In this document: positions 32,978 to 41,578 of the stretch, piece by piece
Layout of the letters: the number at the start of each line of letters is the position of its first letter
Numbering within the stretch: the first letter of the stretch is position 1
Sequence record: NC_013649.2
Length of the DNA stretch: 43,809 bases
DNA from: Klebsiella phage KP34
Direction: 5' to 3' (one strand)
The notes under the pieces: generated by a model
Databases searched by the model: none
The model's input: the letters and a program-made list of their open reading frames with translations, nothing else
Told to the model about the DNA's origin: nothing
Program-made: the position numbers and the translations under genes

Positions 32978-35900
32978 ATGGCTCAGTTTCTGAACCAAGA
33001 ACCGAATCCACAGGAAAAGGATTCTGCTAAGGGCGCAACACTTAAACCTGCGCCTGAGCGCATAGATTGGAACGATGCCGGGGACAACGGTCTGAACGCA
33101 CTGGAGCGTGCCTCATTACTGGCACAGGCCAAGACACCAGCTACTACAACCTCAGAGAGCTTTGCGTCGGGTATGGGCAACAGCATCATCGCCGCAGCTA
33201 TCCGCAAGGCCTCTGCTCCGGCATTTGACCGAGACCCGAACTTTAATGCTAAGCAGACCCTGAGTAGCGATACTCGGGCTAAGCTGTATGCTCCGAATCA
33301 GGAAGAGATTGAGTACCTGCACGACTCCGTGTCGGTAGAAGATTACAACTACCGCATGCAGCAGATGCTTGAGCAGCGTGACCGTGACCGCTTAATGGCT
33401 GACAACACAGTAGCCGGGTTCGCTGGTATGTTGGTAGGCGACTCCCCGTTCATCCTGGCCCCGATGTCTGCCGCCGGTATTGCTGGCCGCGCGGGCTTAG
33501 CTGCACGTACCGCTATCCGCGCTGCTGACGTAGGCTCAGCATTCTATGCACAGGACCAACTAGGTCAGTCCGCTGCGGTAACTGCACTGATAGCAGGGGT
33601 AGCTGGGTTGGACCAGCTCTGGGATATGTCTAGGGCTGCTAAAGCTGCCGCCAAGGCTCGTACTGGGCGTGAGCCTATGTTCGACCCGGAAGCGCCTACA
33701 ACTCGTACAGCGAGGGACGCTAATGTTACAGGAGTAGGAGAGGGAGAGGAAATTCTCACTAAGACACTGGATGAAAGCATCCAAGTATCGAGAAACAATA
33801 CCGCCTCCGTGAACATGAAAGCACAGCACGTAGTTCAGTTCTTGAAGAATTCTGAACACTTAACTGCAGGTCAGAAGGCTATTCTGGACACGCTGGGTGA
33901 TGCTGTAAACGACATTGATTTTAAACTAGTAGCAGGCTCCGCAAACCGCAGCCGCTACACTTATGCACAACAAGATTTAGCTAAGCGGGGAGAGATATCC
34001 CTGCGCGCACCTAAGCAAGCTAACGGCAGCACCTGGACTACAGTCGGTGATGCGCTGCGCGCTATGGATGCAGACACAAGCAGGGTAGCTGTGCACGAAC
34101 TGATTCATGCCGCCACTGCGCGCGCCATTGACAGTAACCCAGAGATTGCTAAGCGCCTGGAGGAAGTACGTGCTGTTATTGCAGCAGACTCCACCCTGAC
34201 ACCGCGTATGCGGTATTACGCAAGTAATGTGCATGAGATGCTGGCAGGTTTAGGCGACAGCCCTGAGTGGGTTGAGCACCTGGTACGTACGCAGTCTCCC
34301 ACCGGTAAGAGCATGCTCCGCCAACTGGGTGAGTACATCATGAACGCTCTGGGCATCAAGGCCAAAGGCTCTGCCTTGGAGGATGTCCTGGATGCATACG
34401 AGGACGCCGTTAAGTGGACCGCTAAGGATTATGCAGACCAAGCCCAGAGCTTCCGTAGCGAAGCCTTCCAGGACCTGGTGGATAGCACCACCCTCAACGA
34501 GGCTAAGCGCGCCCAGGCCATGCTGGATGGTGCCAAGAAGAAGCTATCCACTATGTTTGCCCTGTACGATAACATCGCTCAAGGCAACGAAGACTTGGCT
34601 AAACTGCTAGTGTCGGACGCGTCCGCCGTAGGTGGCCGACGCCCGTCAGTGGTAGACTACAAGCGTAACCTCACTTTGGAGATGGATGCTCGCGCCAGCG
34701 TAGTGGAGGACGCTATCCTGGGCGCGTTGAAGGATAAGGGTATAGGCGTGCTCTCACGCTTCTTCCACCGTAGTAATTTCCGCGCTGAGCGGGCTGCACT
34801 GGAAGACCGCCTGAGTAAGTACCTGGATGCTGCCTACAGCGCTGACGTAAACGGTCGCGCCGTTCCGGTGCCGGATGCAGAGATTGCTCCGCTGGTTGAT
34901 GCCTACCGTCGCTCTGGCTGGGCTAGCAAGTGGCACGAGCATATGCTCAATGCCGGTCTAGTAGATGATGGTGCGTTGGTTAAATCCGACTACTACTTCC
35001 CGCGTCAGTACAGCTACGACAAGATGCGTCAAGGTATCGCACAGGGTAACACTCTGGACGACTACCGCGCACTGTTCCGGTTCGCCCTGCGGGACGTGTA
35101 CCCTAGCATGGAGTCAGAGGTGGTGCAGCGTGTTGCCAAGGAGATGGTTGACGGTATCTACAACGGCCGTGCCGGACAGTCTGGCCCTATGTGGAAGCAG
35201 CTGATTAACGGTATGGGCAACGATGAGGTCGTTATGGCTATGCGTAGCGCTGGTGTAGATGAGTCTGCAATCCAGAGCTTTCTGGCTGGTAATGTACGCG
35301 AATCCGGCAGCACATCCCCTGCGCGGAACCTGCGTCAGCGTACTCGGTTCAACATGGACAAAGAGTATCTGGTGAATGGTAAGAGCATGCGCATGCAGGA
35401 CCTGATGGATACTGACGTAGCCAAGGTTATGCACGGGTATACTAACCGTATGTCTGGGCGTGTAGGTATGGCCTATGCAGGCGTACAGGACCTGGGACAG
35501 CTCTCTAAGATGATTGATGAGTCTAAGCACGCACTGGCGGATTCCGCTAAGTGGGAGAAGACCGTCAACGACACCATCGACTTTATCCTGGGTGGGGCAC
35601 CTGCTGACTCGGGTCAGCTTCCGGGCTTGCTGCGCGCAGCTGGGAACATGGCGAACGCCACGATGCTCAAGAACTCCGGGCTGTATCAGCTGACTGATAC
35701 TGCTTTGGCTATGAAGGAGTTCGGTATGGCTAGAGTTCTGCGTAGTATGCGTGACCAGCCTTGGTTCAAGGAAGGTGTCGTAGCTATCAAGACTCCTGAT
35801 ATGGCTGCCCGTCTAGACACCGTGCTGCGGGGTAATATACAGAAGGAGATGCGCTTCCGCTGGCTGAATACGTACGCTGACGATAACCTGGACCTGACCC

Positions 35901-36676
35901 GTCAGGCCTCCTGGTTCAACGTCACTCAGAACGTTGGGCAGGCTGCACGCCACGTCAACGGCATGAGTATGGTGCACCGGCTGCAGGTTAACCTGAACTC
36001 CGGTATTGTGGCGGATGAGCTTACGCAGATGTTCAAGGGCGACGCTGAGGCGTTTAAGCGTCTTGAGCGTTTTGGGCTTACCCGCGAAATTGCAGACCGT
36101 GCTATCGCTGCCAACAAGGCTAACCCGGGCGCCATGTTCCAGCCGGACCTGCAGATGCAAATTGAGGTTGTAGGGACGCGTATGATGGACTACCTGGTAC
36201 AGCAGATTCGTACTGGAGAGACCTCACACTTTGCACAGTTCAATCCTATCGGCAAAGTCATTGTAGGGTATCAGAGCTTCGCACTGGCCGCCACTAACAA
36301 GATTCTGCGCCGAGAGCTGAACGATGCTGGGTGGATTGGTGTAGCCCATATCATGGCGTACCAGTTCCCGTTAATGCTGCTGGCTACTATGGCTAAGCAC
36401 AGCATGGACGGGAAGGACGTAGACACCCAGAAACTCATCAGTGAGTCCGTACTGGGTATGAGTGCCATCGGCGGGGTATCCTTGCTGCAGGATATTTTCC
36501 TGGGAGATTCTCCTCGTCACTCATTAGCATCTATGAGTTACGTCACAGGGCTGCTCGGGGCCGTACAGGACCTGGTTACCGGTAATATGGACATCAAGAC
36601 CTTCACTAAGCAGGTGCCACTAATCCAGGAATTCGCACCTACGCGAGCTATCATCAATAACTTCGGAGACGATTAA
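32978..36676 (+). CDS. Internal virion (ejection) protein C, T7 gp16-like (1232 aa)
   Basis: Largest gene, directly before the tail-fibre gene. The ATG at 32978 has SD AGGAG; the track start 32903 overlaps the upstream gene and hairpin. Confidence 0.8.
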   Translation: MAQFLNQEPNPQEKDSAKGATLKPAPERIDWNDAGDNGLNALERASLLAQAKTPATTTSESFASGMGNSIIAAAIRKASAPAFDRDPNFNAKQTLSSDTRAKLYAPNQEEIEYLHDSVSVEDYNYRMQQMLEQRDRDRLMADNTVAGFAGMLVGDSPFILAPMSAAGIAGRAGLAARTAIRAADVGSAFYAQDQLGQSAAVTALIAGVAGLDQLWDMSRAAKAAAKARTGREPMFDPEAPTTRTARDANVTGVGEGEEILTKTLDESIQVSRNNTASVNMKAQHVVQFLKNSEHLTAGQKAILDTLGDAVNDIDFKLVAGSANRSRYTYAQQDLAKRGEISLRAPKQANGSTWTTVGDALRAMDADTSRVAVHELIHAATARAIDSNPEIAKRLEEVRAVIAADSTLTPRMRYYASNVHEMLAGLGDSPEWVEHLVRTQSPTGKSMLRQLGEYIMNALGIKAKGSALEDVLDAYEDAVKWTAKDYADQAQSFRSEAFQDLVDSTTLNEAKRAQAMLDGAKKKLSTMFALYDNIAQGNEDLAKLLVSDASAVGGRRPSVVDYKRNLTLEMDARASVVEDAILGALKDKGIGVLSRFFHRSNFRAERAALEDRLSKYLDAAYSADVNGRAVPVPDAEIAPLVDAYRRSGWASKWHEHMLNAGLVDDGALVKSDYYFPRQYSYDKMRQGIAQGNTLDDYRALFRFALRDVYPSMESEVVQRVAKEMVDGIYNGRAGQSGPMWKQLINGMGNDEVVMAMRSAGVDESAIQSFLAGNVRESGSTSPARNLRQRTRFNMDKEYLVNGKSMRMQDLMDTDVAKVMHGYTNRMSGRVGMAYAGVQDLGQLSKMIDESKHALADSAKWEKTVNDTIDFILGGAPADSGQLPGLLRAAGNMANATMLKNSGLYQLTDTALAMKEFGMARVLRSMRDQPWFKEGVVAIKTPDMAARLDTVLRGNIQKEMRFRWLNTYADDNLDLTRQASWFNVTQNVGQAARHVNGMSMVHRLQVNLNSGIVADELTQMFKGDAEAFKRLERFGLTREIADRAIAANKANPGAMFQPDLQMQIEVVGTRMMDYLVQQIRTGETSHFAQFNPIGKVIVGYQSFALAATNKILRRELNDAGWIGVAHIMAYQFPLMLLATMAKHSMDGKDVDTQKLISESVLGMSAIGGVSLLQDIFLGDSPRHSLASMSYVTGLLGAVQDLVTGNMDIKTFTKQVPLIQEFAPTRAIINNFGDD
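33723..33739 (+). promoter_or_regulatory. Candidate phage-RNAP promoter P3 (TAATGTTACAGGAGTAGGAG) inside the internal virion protein C gene
   Basis: Exact third copy of the 17-nt core, + strand, within coding sequence (translated ...ANVTGVGEGE...). T7 also has promoters inside genes. Confidence 0.45.
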
Positions 36677-36677
36677 T

Positions 36678-37601
36678 ATGGCATTCAGCTGGCAAGAACA
36701 AATCAAGCCAGCTGGTACCCAGGATATCCAGTGTGATATTGAGTATTTGGACAAGTCCTATATTCATGTATATCTCGACGGCGTTGAAACCACTGGATAC
36801 ACCTGGACCAGCGCTACTAATATCAGGTTAAATACAGCCTTGGCAGCAAGCACTACTGTGCTACTAATCCGTAAGACAGAGCGAGAGTATCTGTACATTG
36901 AATTCGCCAGTGGTTCTCCGTTCATTGAGGTAAACGTAGACTCCCAAAACACACAGTTCTTACATCTGGCGCAAGAACTGGTGGAGGGCCGTGCTATCCC
37001 CGGATTCTATGGCACTATTAGTATGAACGGGTATCGCATAACTGACTTAGCCAACCCAATTAACTCCCAGGATGCTGCTACTAAGTCGTACGTCGACGCT
37101 GCTGACGCCTTACTGGGGCAGCGTATTGACGTAGAGGCTGCTACGCGGAAGGCAGCTGACGATGCTTTGAGTATGCGTACGTCCGCTCTGGAGAACACCT
37201 TTATAAGCGGAGTGGAGACAGTAAGTTACCCTTGGAGTACAGTGTTAGCCGAGGCTACAGATGAAGTAACTCCCGGCTTGGCCTTCACTAAGGCTGTAGT
37301 GGAGATTAATGGAGTTGGACAGATTCGTGGTTACAGTTTCGAGATTGTAGACAACACCATACTGTTTGCCAAGACCCTCCCCGCCGGAACGGTTGTGGCT
37401 GCCCGACTGGGGGCCGACGTAACCGCAGGGGACGGCTTCGCTACACAAGCGTCTGTGGACTATTTGGCGGACTCTCTGGGGGATTTGGCATATCTTGATA
37501 CAGCCGAAGCTGTGCCTGATGCAACAGGTGCCGGAGATGTAGTGGCTAAACTAAATGCTCTGCTGGCATCTCTGCGTACCAGCGGGGTACTGGCTTCATA
37601 A
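36678..37601 (+). CDS. Tail fibre / adaptor protein with T7 gp17-like N-terminal anchor domain (307 aa)
   Basis: N-terminus MAFSWQEQIKPAGTQDIQCDIEYLDKSYIHVYLDGVETTGYTWTS...IRLNTA...LIRKTE follows the pattern of the T7 gp17 N-terminal tail-attachment domain. Short C-terminal part. Confidence 0.75.
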   Translation: MAFSWQEQIKPAGTQDIQCDIEYLDKSYIHVYLDGVETTGYTWTSATNIRLNTALAASTTVLLIRKTEREYLYIEFASGSPFIEVNVDSQNTQFLHLAQELVEGRAIPGFYGTISMNGYRITDLANPINSQDAATKSYVDAADALLGQRIDVEAATRKAADDALSMRTSALENTFISGVETVSYPWSTVLAEATDEVTPGLAFTKAVVEINGVGQIRGYSFEIVDNTILFAKTLPAGTVVAARLGADVTAGDGFATQASVDYLADSLGDLAYLDTAEAVPDATGAGDVVAKLNALLASLRTSGVLAS

Positions 37602-37612
37602 TAGGAGAAAAT

Positions 37613-37915
37613 ATGGCAGGGGCGGCTAAACGTAGTCGCCTCTCGGAGCTGCACCGCATGTTCACTGAGGCCTTGATTGAAGAAATCAAGCAGTCTAAGG
37701 AAGATGAGGTGCCACTCCCCGCCGCGGATAAATCGGTTATCGCTAAGTTCTTGAAGGACAATGACATCACCGCGGATGCAGATTCCGAGGAGATGCAGGA
37801 CCTTCGTGACGAGTTCGATGACGAGCTAGCGGCGCGTAGAGAGGCGCGTAAGAAAGAGATTTTAAACAAGATTAGTGGTTCAGACTCTGAGGACTTACTA
37901 GAAGGAATTGTATAA
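37613..37915 (+). CDS. Terminase small subunit, T7 gp18-like (100 aa)
   Basis: Small acidic protein immediately upstream of the large terminase; SD AGGAGAAAA. Confidence 0.7.
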   Translation: MAGAAKRSRLSELHRMFTEALIEEIKQSKEDEVPLPAADKSVIAKFLKDNDITADADSEEMQDLRDEFDDELAARREARKKEILNKISGSDSEDLLEGIV

Positions 37916-39771
37916 TGGTATCGGTGAAGACTGCGCGAAGACTGCGCATGCTCAACCAGAAACTTACTGGTTATAGTGCGAATCCGCGCAGTATTCCCAA
38001 AGAGGAGCGCGAGGACATCGCGCTGATGATGGCCGCTGCTCTAAGCGACTTCCGGGAATTCGCATACATCGGTATGCGGTTCCTGGGCTTTACTCTCACG
38101 GACATGCAGGCTGACATTGCAGAGTACATGCAGAAGGGCCCCAGGAAGCGCATGGTGGCCGCGCAGCGTGGGGAGGCTAAGTCTACACTGGCTGCACTGT
38201 ACGCCGTCTGGAGGCTTATCCAGGACCAATCCTGCCGCATCCTGATTGTGTCTGGTGCAGAGAAGCAGGCGTCTGACGTAGCGAACTTAATCATTCGTAT
38301 GCTGGAAACCTGGCCGCTGCTGTGCTACTTGAAGGCTGACCCTACACGTGGGGACCGAACCTCCTTTGAAGGTTACGACGTACACTGTGACCTGAAACCT
38401 CTGGATAAGTCCGCCAGCGTAGCCTGTGTAGGTATCACTGCATCCCTGCAGGGGAAGCGTGCGGACCTGCTGATTCCAGACGATATCGAGACCACCAAGA
38501 ACGGCTTAACGCAAACCCAGCGTGAGCAGCTGCTGACGATTTCTAAAGACTTCGCGGCCATCTGTACGCACGGGGATACGCTGTACCTGGGTACACCACA
38601 GACCAAGGACAGTATCTATAAAACCCTGCCGGGACGTGGCTTCGAGGTGCGCGTGTGGCCCGGGCGCATTCCGTCGATTGAAATGGAAGAGCGATATGGA
38701 AGTACACTTGCTCCTTATATCCTGGAGCTTATTGAGCGCGGCTATAAACGCACCGGCTTCGGTGTCGACGGGACGCTAGGGGAGAGCACGGACCCCGGGC
38801 GCTATGACGAGGATGCGCTGATTGAGAAGGAGCTGGACTTTGGTCCAGAAGGCTTCCAGCTGCAGTACATGCTCGACACCACTCTGTCCGACCAAATGCG
38901 TACGCGCATCAAGCTTTCGGATATGCTGGTTTACTCCGGCAGCCAGGATTCATCCCCGGAGACGTTCTCCTACATCGCGGACCGCCGGTACCTGTACCAG
39001 CATGAGCATGAGGGGATTATGGGCCAGCAGATGTATTTCCCGGCATTCTACGGGGACATGCACCTACCGTACCAGCATAAGGTGCTGGTGGTGGACCCGG
39101 CTGGTTGCGGCGGAGACGAAGTGTCCTATGCTGCTGGGGGTGCTGCGAACTCGTACATTCACCTATTCTCCGTGGGTGGCTTCCAAGGAGGTATCAGCGA
39201 AGAGAACATTGATAAACTGATTGACCTGTGCGTAGAGTTGGATATCCCGGATATGGTGGTGGAGAGCAACATGGGGCATGGCACCGTGTCTATGCTTATC
39301 CTGAACCGGCTGCGGGAGCGACGCATCGCCGGTATCGGCGTAAGGGACCTGAACAACTCCACGCAGAAAGAGCGTCGTATCATAGACACAATCAGCCCAG
39401 TTACCCGCCGTCATCGCCTGGTGGTGCATGAGCGCGCTATTCACGACGATATCAGCACCTGTATGGCGTACTCCCGAGATAGACGTTGGTTGTACTCTGC
39501 GTTCGCGCAGTTATCCGGTATCACATACGACCGCGGTAGTCTGGCGAAGGATGACCGAGCCGACGCAATCGCCATGATGGTGGCTACGCTGAATGGGCAC
39601 CTGGTGGAAGATGAGAAAGTGGTGGCTGAGCGTGAATCTGAGAAGATGGCTCGGGCCTTCATTGAGAACCCTCTGGATTGGGCACAGAACAAAGTGTCTA
39701 AGGGCCTTCGGGGTGTAGCTGCTCGGCTGCAGAACCGCGGCAGAGGTAAACAACATAGAGGAAGAAGATAA
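37915..39771 (+). CDS. Terminase large subunit, T7 gp19-like (618 aa)
   Basis: ATPase P-loop-like AAQRGEAKST, and a C-terminal RNase-H-like nuclease region (VVVDPAGCGGDEVSYAAGG...). Size and position. Confidence 0.9.
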   Translation: MVSVKTARRLRMLNQKLTGYSANPRSIPKEEREDIALMMAAALSDFREFAYIGMRFLGFTLTDMQADIAEYMQKGPRKRMVAAQRGEAKSTLAALYAVWRLIQDQSCRILIVSGAEKQASDVANLIIRMLETWPLLCYLKADPTRGDRTSFEGYDVHCDLKPLDKSASVACVGITASLQGKRADLLIPDDIETTKNGLTQTQREQLLTISKDFAAICTHGDTLYLGTPQTKDSIYKTLPGRGFEVRVWPGRIPSIEMEERYGSTLAPYILELIERGYKRTGFGVDGTLGESTDPGRYDEDALIEKELDFGPEGFQLQYMLDTTLSDQMRTRIKLSDMLVYSGSQDSSPETFSYIADRRYLYQHEHEGIMGQQMYFPAFYGDMHLPYQHKVLVVDPAGCGGDEVSYAAGGAANSYIHLFSVGGFQGGISEENIDKLIDLCVELDIPDMVVESNMGHGTVSMLILNRLRERRIAGIGVRDLNNSTQKERRIIDTISPVTRRHRLVVHERAIHDDISTCMAYSRDRRWLYSAFAQLSGITYDRGSLAKDDRADAIAMMVATLNGHLVEDEKVVAERESEKMARAFIENPLDWAQNKVSKGLRGVAARLQNRGRGKQHRGRR

Positions 39772-40145
39772 TGGCATCAATCATCGCGGCTAAAACTGCG
39801 GACGTACAGTACGCCATTGTAGGTACGTGCCAGAACCTGGAGAAGCAGGTGCAGCCGGACTACAACGTAGGCTTCGTAGGTACGACCGCCCTGACTAAAC
39901 TGAACTCGTTCTTCACGTACATGCAGTCCCAGGGCTATACGGCTACCCGTGCCGGTACAGCCTTCAAGGATGATGGTACGCTGCAGGCGCGCCTGTTCAG
40001 CATGCTCTCACAGCTCTCTAAGACTGGCTACGTCGCCCTTACGGGTACAGGTATGCCGCTCGGTGAGGGTTCTGGTACAGCGTTTGATGATTCGTTCACC
40101 GCACTGCAGAGTGCGTTCGTAGCCGCCACTGACGCGGCAGAATAA
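39771..40145 (+). CDS. Hypothetical protein (124 aa)
   Basis: ORF with SD GAGGAAGAAG; ATAATG overlap with the terminase stop. Confidence 0.6.
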   Translation: MASIIAAKTADVQYAIVGTCQNLEKQVQPDYNVGFVGTTALTKLNSFFTYMQSQGYTATRAGTAFKDDGTLQARLFSMLSQLSKTGYVALTGTGMPLGEGSGTAFDDSFTALQSAFVAATDAAE

Positions 40146-40155
40146 GGAGAGTACA

Positions 40156-40314
40156 CATGGCAATTGCAAAAGCAACCCCAGCGCAACAGCAGGAACTGCT
40201 GCGTCAGCTGAACATTCTCAGTAAGGACCTGTACACCATCCTTACGCAGCCGCAGGATGTGTCTCAGACTGGTGCTGCCTTCGATACCAAGATTGCTGCG
40301 CTCGAGCCGCGGTA
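40156..40314 (+). CDS. Hypothetical small protein (52 aa); missed by the ORF track
   Basis: Strong SD AAGGAGAG (40143-40150) before ATG 40156. Translates MAIAKATPAQQQELLRQLNILSKDLYTILTQPQDVSQTGAAFDTKIAALEPR. Confidence 0.45.
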
Positions 40315-40337
40315 GCCGCAGTGAAGGCTGCTAGCTA

Positions 40338-40742
40338 ATGCGTAAACTGGTCGCTGGGTTACTGCTCGCGGTTACTCTGACTGGTTGCTCGGCGACCTCT
40401 GCACTCACCGGCTTAGTTGGTTCTAAGCCGGATGTATCTGCTCAGGTTGGTGCCGAGAATACCAAGCAAACCGTTGGCCTGAACAACAAGGTGGACTCCA
40501 GCACCACCAACAAAACCGATGTACAGGATTCTAACGTAGGCACCCTGGATACTTCTAGCAAGAAGCAAGTGCAGACTATTAGTACCGGCACAATCCAGGC
40601 AGAGCGCCTGCAGGTGGTTAACAATGATAGTTACAGTCTTATCCTCGCCGGATTAGCTGGGGCCAGCATTCCTCTGGTCTTCCTAGTGGTCGTTCTGGTG
40701 ATTCGTAAGCTATTCAGGAAGAAGGGGCAGCAGGATGATTAA
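40338..40742 (+). CDS. Unimolecular spanin-like lipoprotein: N-terminal lipoprotein signal (lipobox LTGC) plus C-terminal transmembrane helix (134 aa)
   Basis: MRKLVAGLLLAVTLTGCS... (signal peptide plus lipobox Cys). Ser/Thr/Asn/Val-rich, probably beta-rich middle. C-terminal TMD LILAGLAGASIPLVFLVVVLVI followed by RKLFRKKGQQDD. This topology matches the u-spanin of phage T1 (gp11). It lies directly upstream of the holin and endolysin; no Rz/Rz1 pair is present. Confidence 0.6.
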   Translation: MRKLVAGLLLAVTLTGCSATSALTGLVGSKPDVSAQVGAENTKQTVGLNNKVDSSTTNKTDVQDSNVGTLDTSSKKQVQTISTGTIQAERLQVVNNDSYSLILAGLAGASIPLVFLVVVLVIRKLFRKKGQQDD

Positions 40743-40986
40743 GGTGGGAGACACGGTTGGGGCAGACCTCGCTACCCGGGCAGGTGCAGCAGTTACCGGC
40801 GCTACGGTATCAGGAGGTTGGTTGGCAGAGTTAATGAGCTGGAACTGGAGCACTATCAGCTTCATCACTGCGACAGTGTGCGCAGTGCTAACCCTGGCGT
40901 GGAATGCGTATTACAAGCGGCGTACATTCAAGCTACTAGAGGAGCAGGCACGTAAGGGGACTATTAAATATGAGTTTAAGGACTAA
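40735..40986 (+). CDS. Holin, probably pinholin-type (83 aa, two TMDs, charged C-terminus)
   Basis: TMD1 Gly/Ala-rich and weakly hydrophobic (AGAAVTGATVSGGWLA). TMD2 WSTISFITATVCAVLTLAW. C-terminus YYKRRTFKLLEEQARKG. Overlaps both neighbouring lysis genes. Confidence 0.65.
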   Translation: MIKVGDTVGADLATRAGAAVTGATVSGGWLAELMSWNWSTISFITATVCAVLTLAWNAYYKRRTFKLLEEQARKGTIKYEFKD

Positions 40987-41578
40987 GGTTATTGCGGCCC
41001 TCACGGGGGCCACTATGCTCGGCGGTGCCATTACCGGAGTAGTCCAGCACAACGAAGGGTTGAGCCTTACTGCCTACAAAGATAGCGCAGGTATCCCCAC
41101 TATTTGCTACGGCGAGACCAAGGGCGTTAAAATGGGCCAGAGAGCCTCTCTGAACGATTGTCAGAAGCAACTGATACAATCAGCAGGGGAACACGCAAAG
41201 GCTCTTGACGGGCTTCCTATGCAGCTCTCTGACGTAGCCCTGGTTGGGTCCATAGACTTCATTTATAACGTAGGCGTAGCTGGCTTCAACGGCAGCGCCG
41301 TAAAGCGCCACCTCAAAAGCCTGGATTACGCGGCAGCTGGAAAGGCTGTACTGGACTGGCGCTATATTAGCAAGTACCAGAATAAGTCCCCCGGCACTGG
41401 CTGGGTGTACAAGGGCAGCAATCGCTGGACCTTCGACTGCTCCCAGTACATTAACGGGCGGCGCAATAAAGTGTGCTGGGGCCTATGGGAGCGCAGGCAG
41501 TGGCAGAGCAAAGCCATTGGGAACCAGTACAAGAACGTTAACGCAGCAGTATCTGCCCTAATTAAATCTGGAGGATAA
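40970..41578 (+). CDS. SAR endolysin (T4-lysozyme-like muramidase, GH24) with N-terminal signal-arrest-release domain (202 aa)
   Basis: N-terminal weakly hydrophobic Gly/Ala-rich segment KVIAALTGATMLGGAITGVV (SAR). Catalytic triad spacing E-x8-D-x5-T in HNEGLSLTAYKDSAGIPTICYGET, as in T4 lysozyme E11/D20/T26. Confidence 0.85.
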   Translation: MSLRTKVIAALTGATMLGGAITGVVQHNEGLSLTAYKDSAGIPTICYGETKGVKMGQRASLNDCQKQLIQSAGEHAKALDGLPMQLSDVALVGSIDFIYNVGVAGFNGSAVKRHLKSLDYAAAGKAVLDWRYISKYQNKSPGTGWVYKGSNRWTFDCSQYINGRRNKVCWGLWERRQWQSKAIGNQYKNVNAAVSALIKSGG

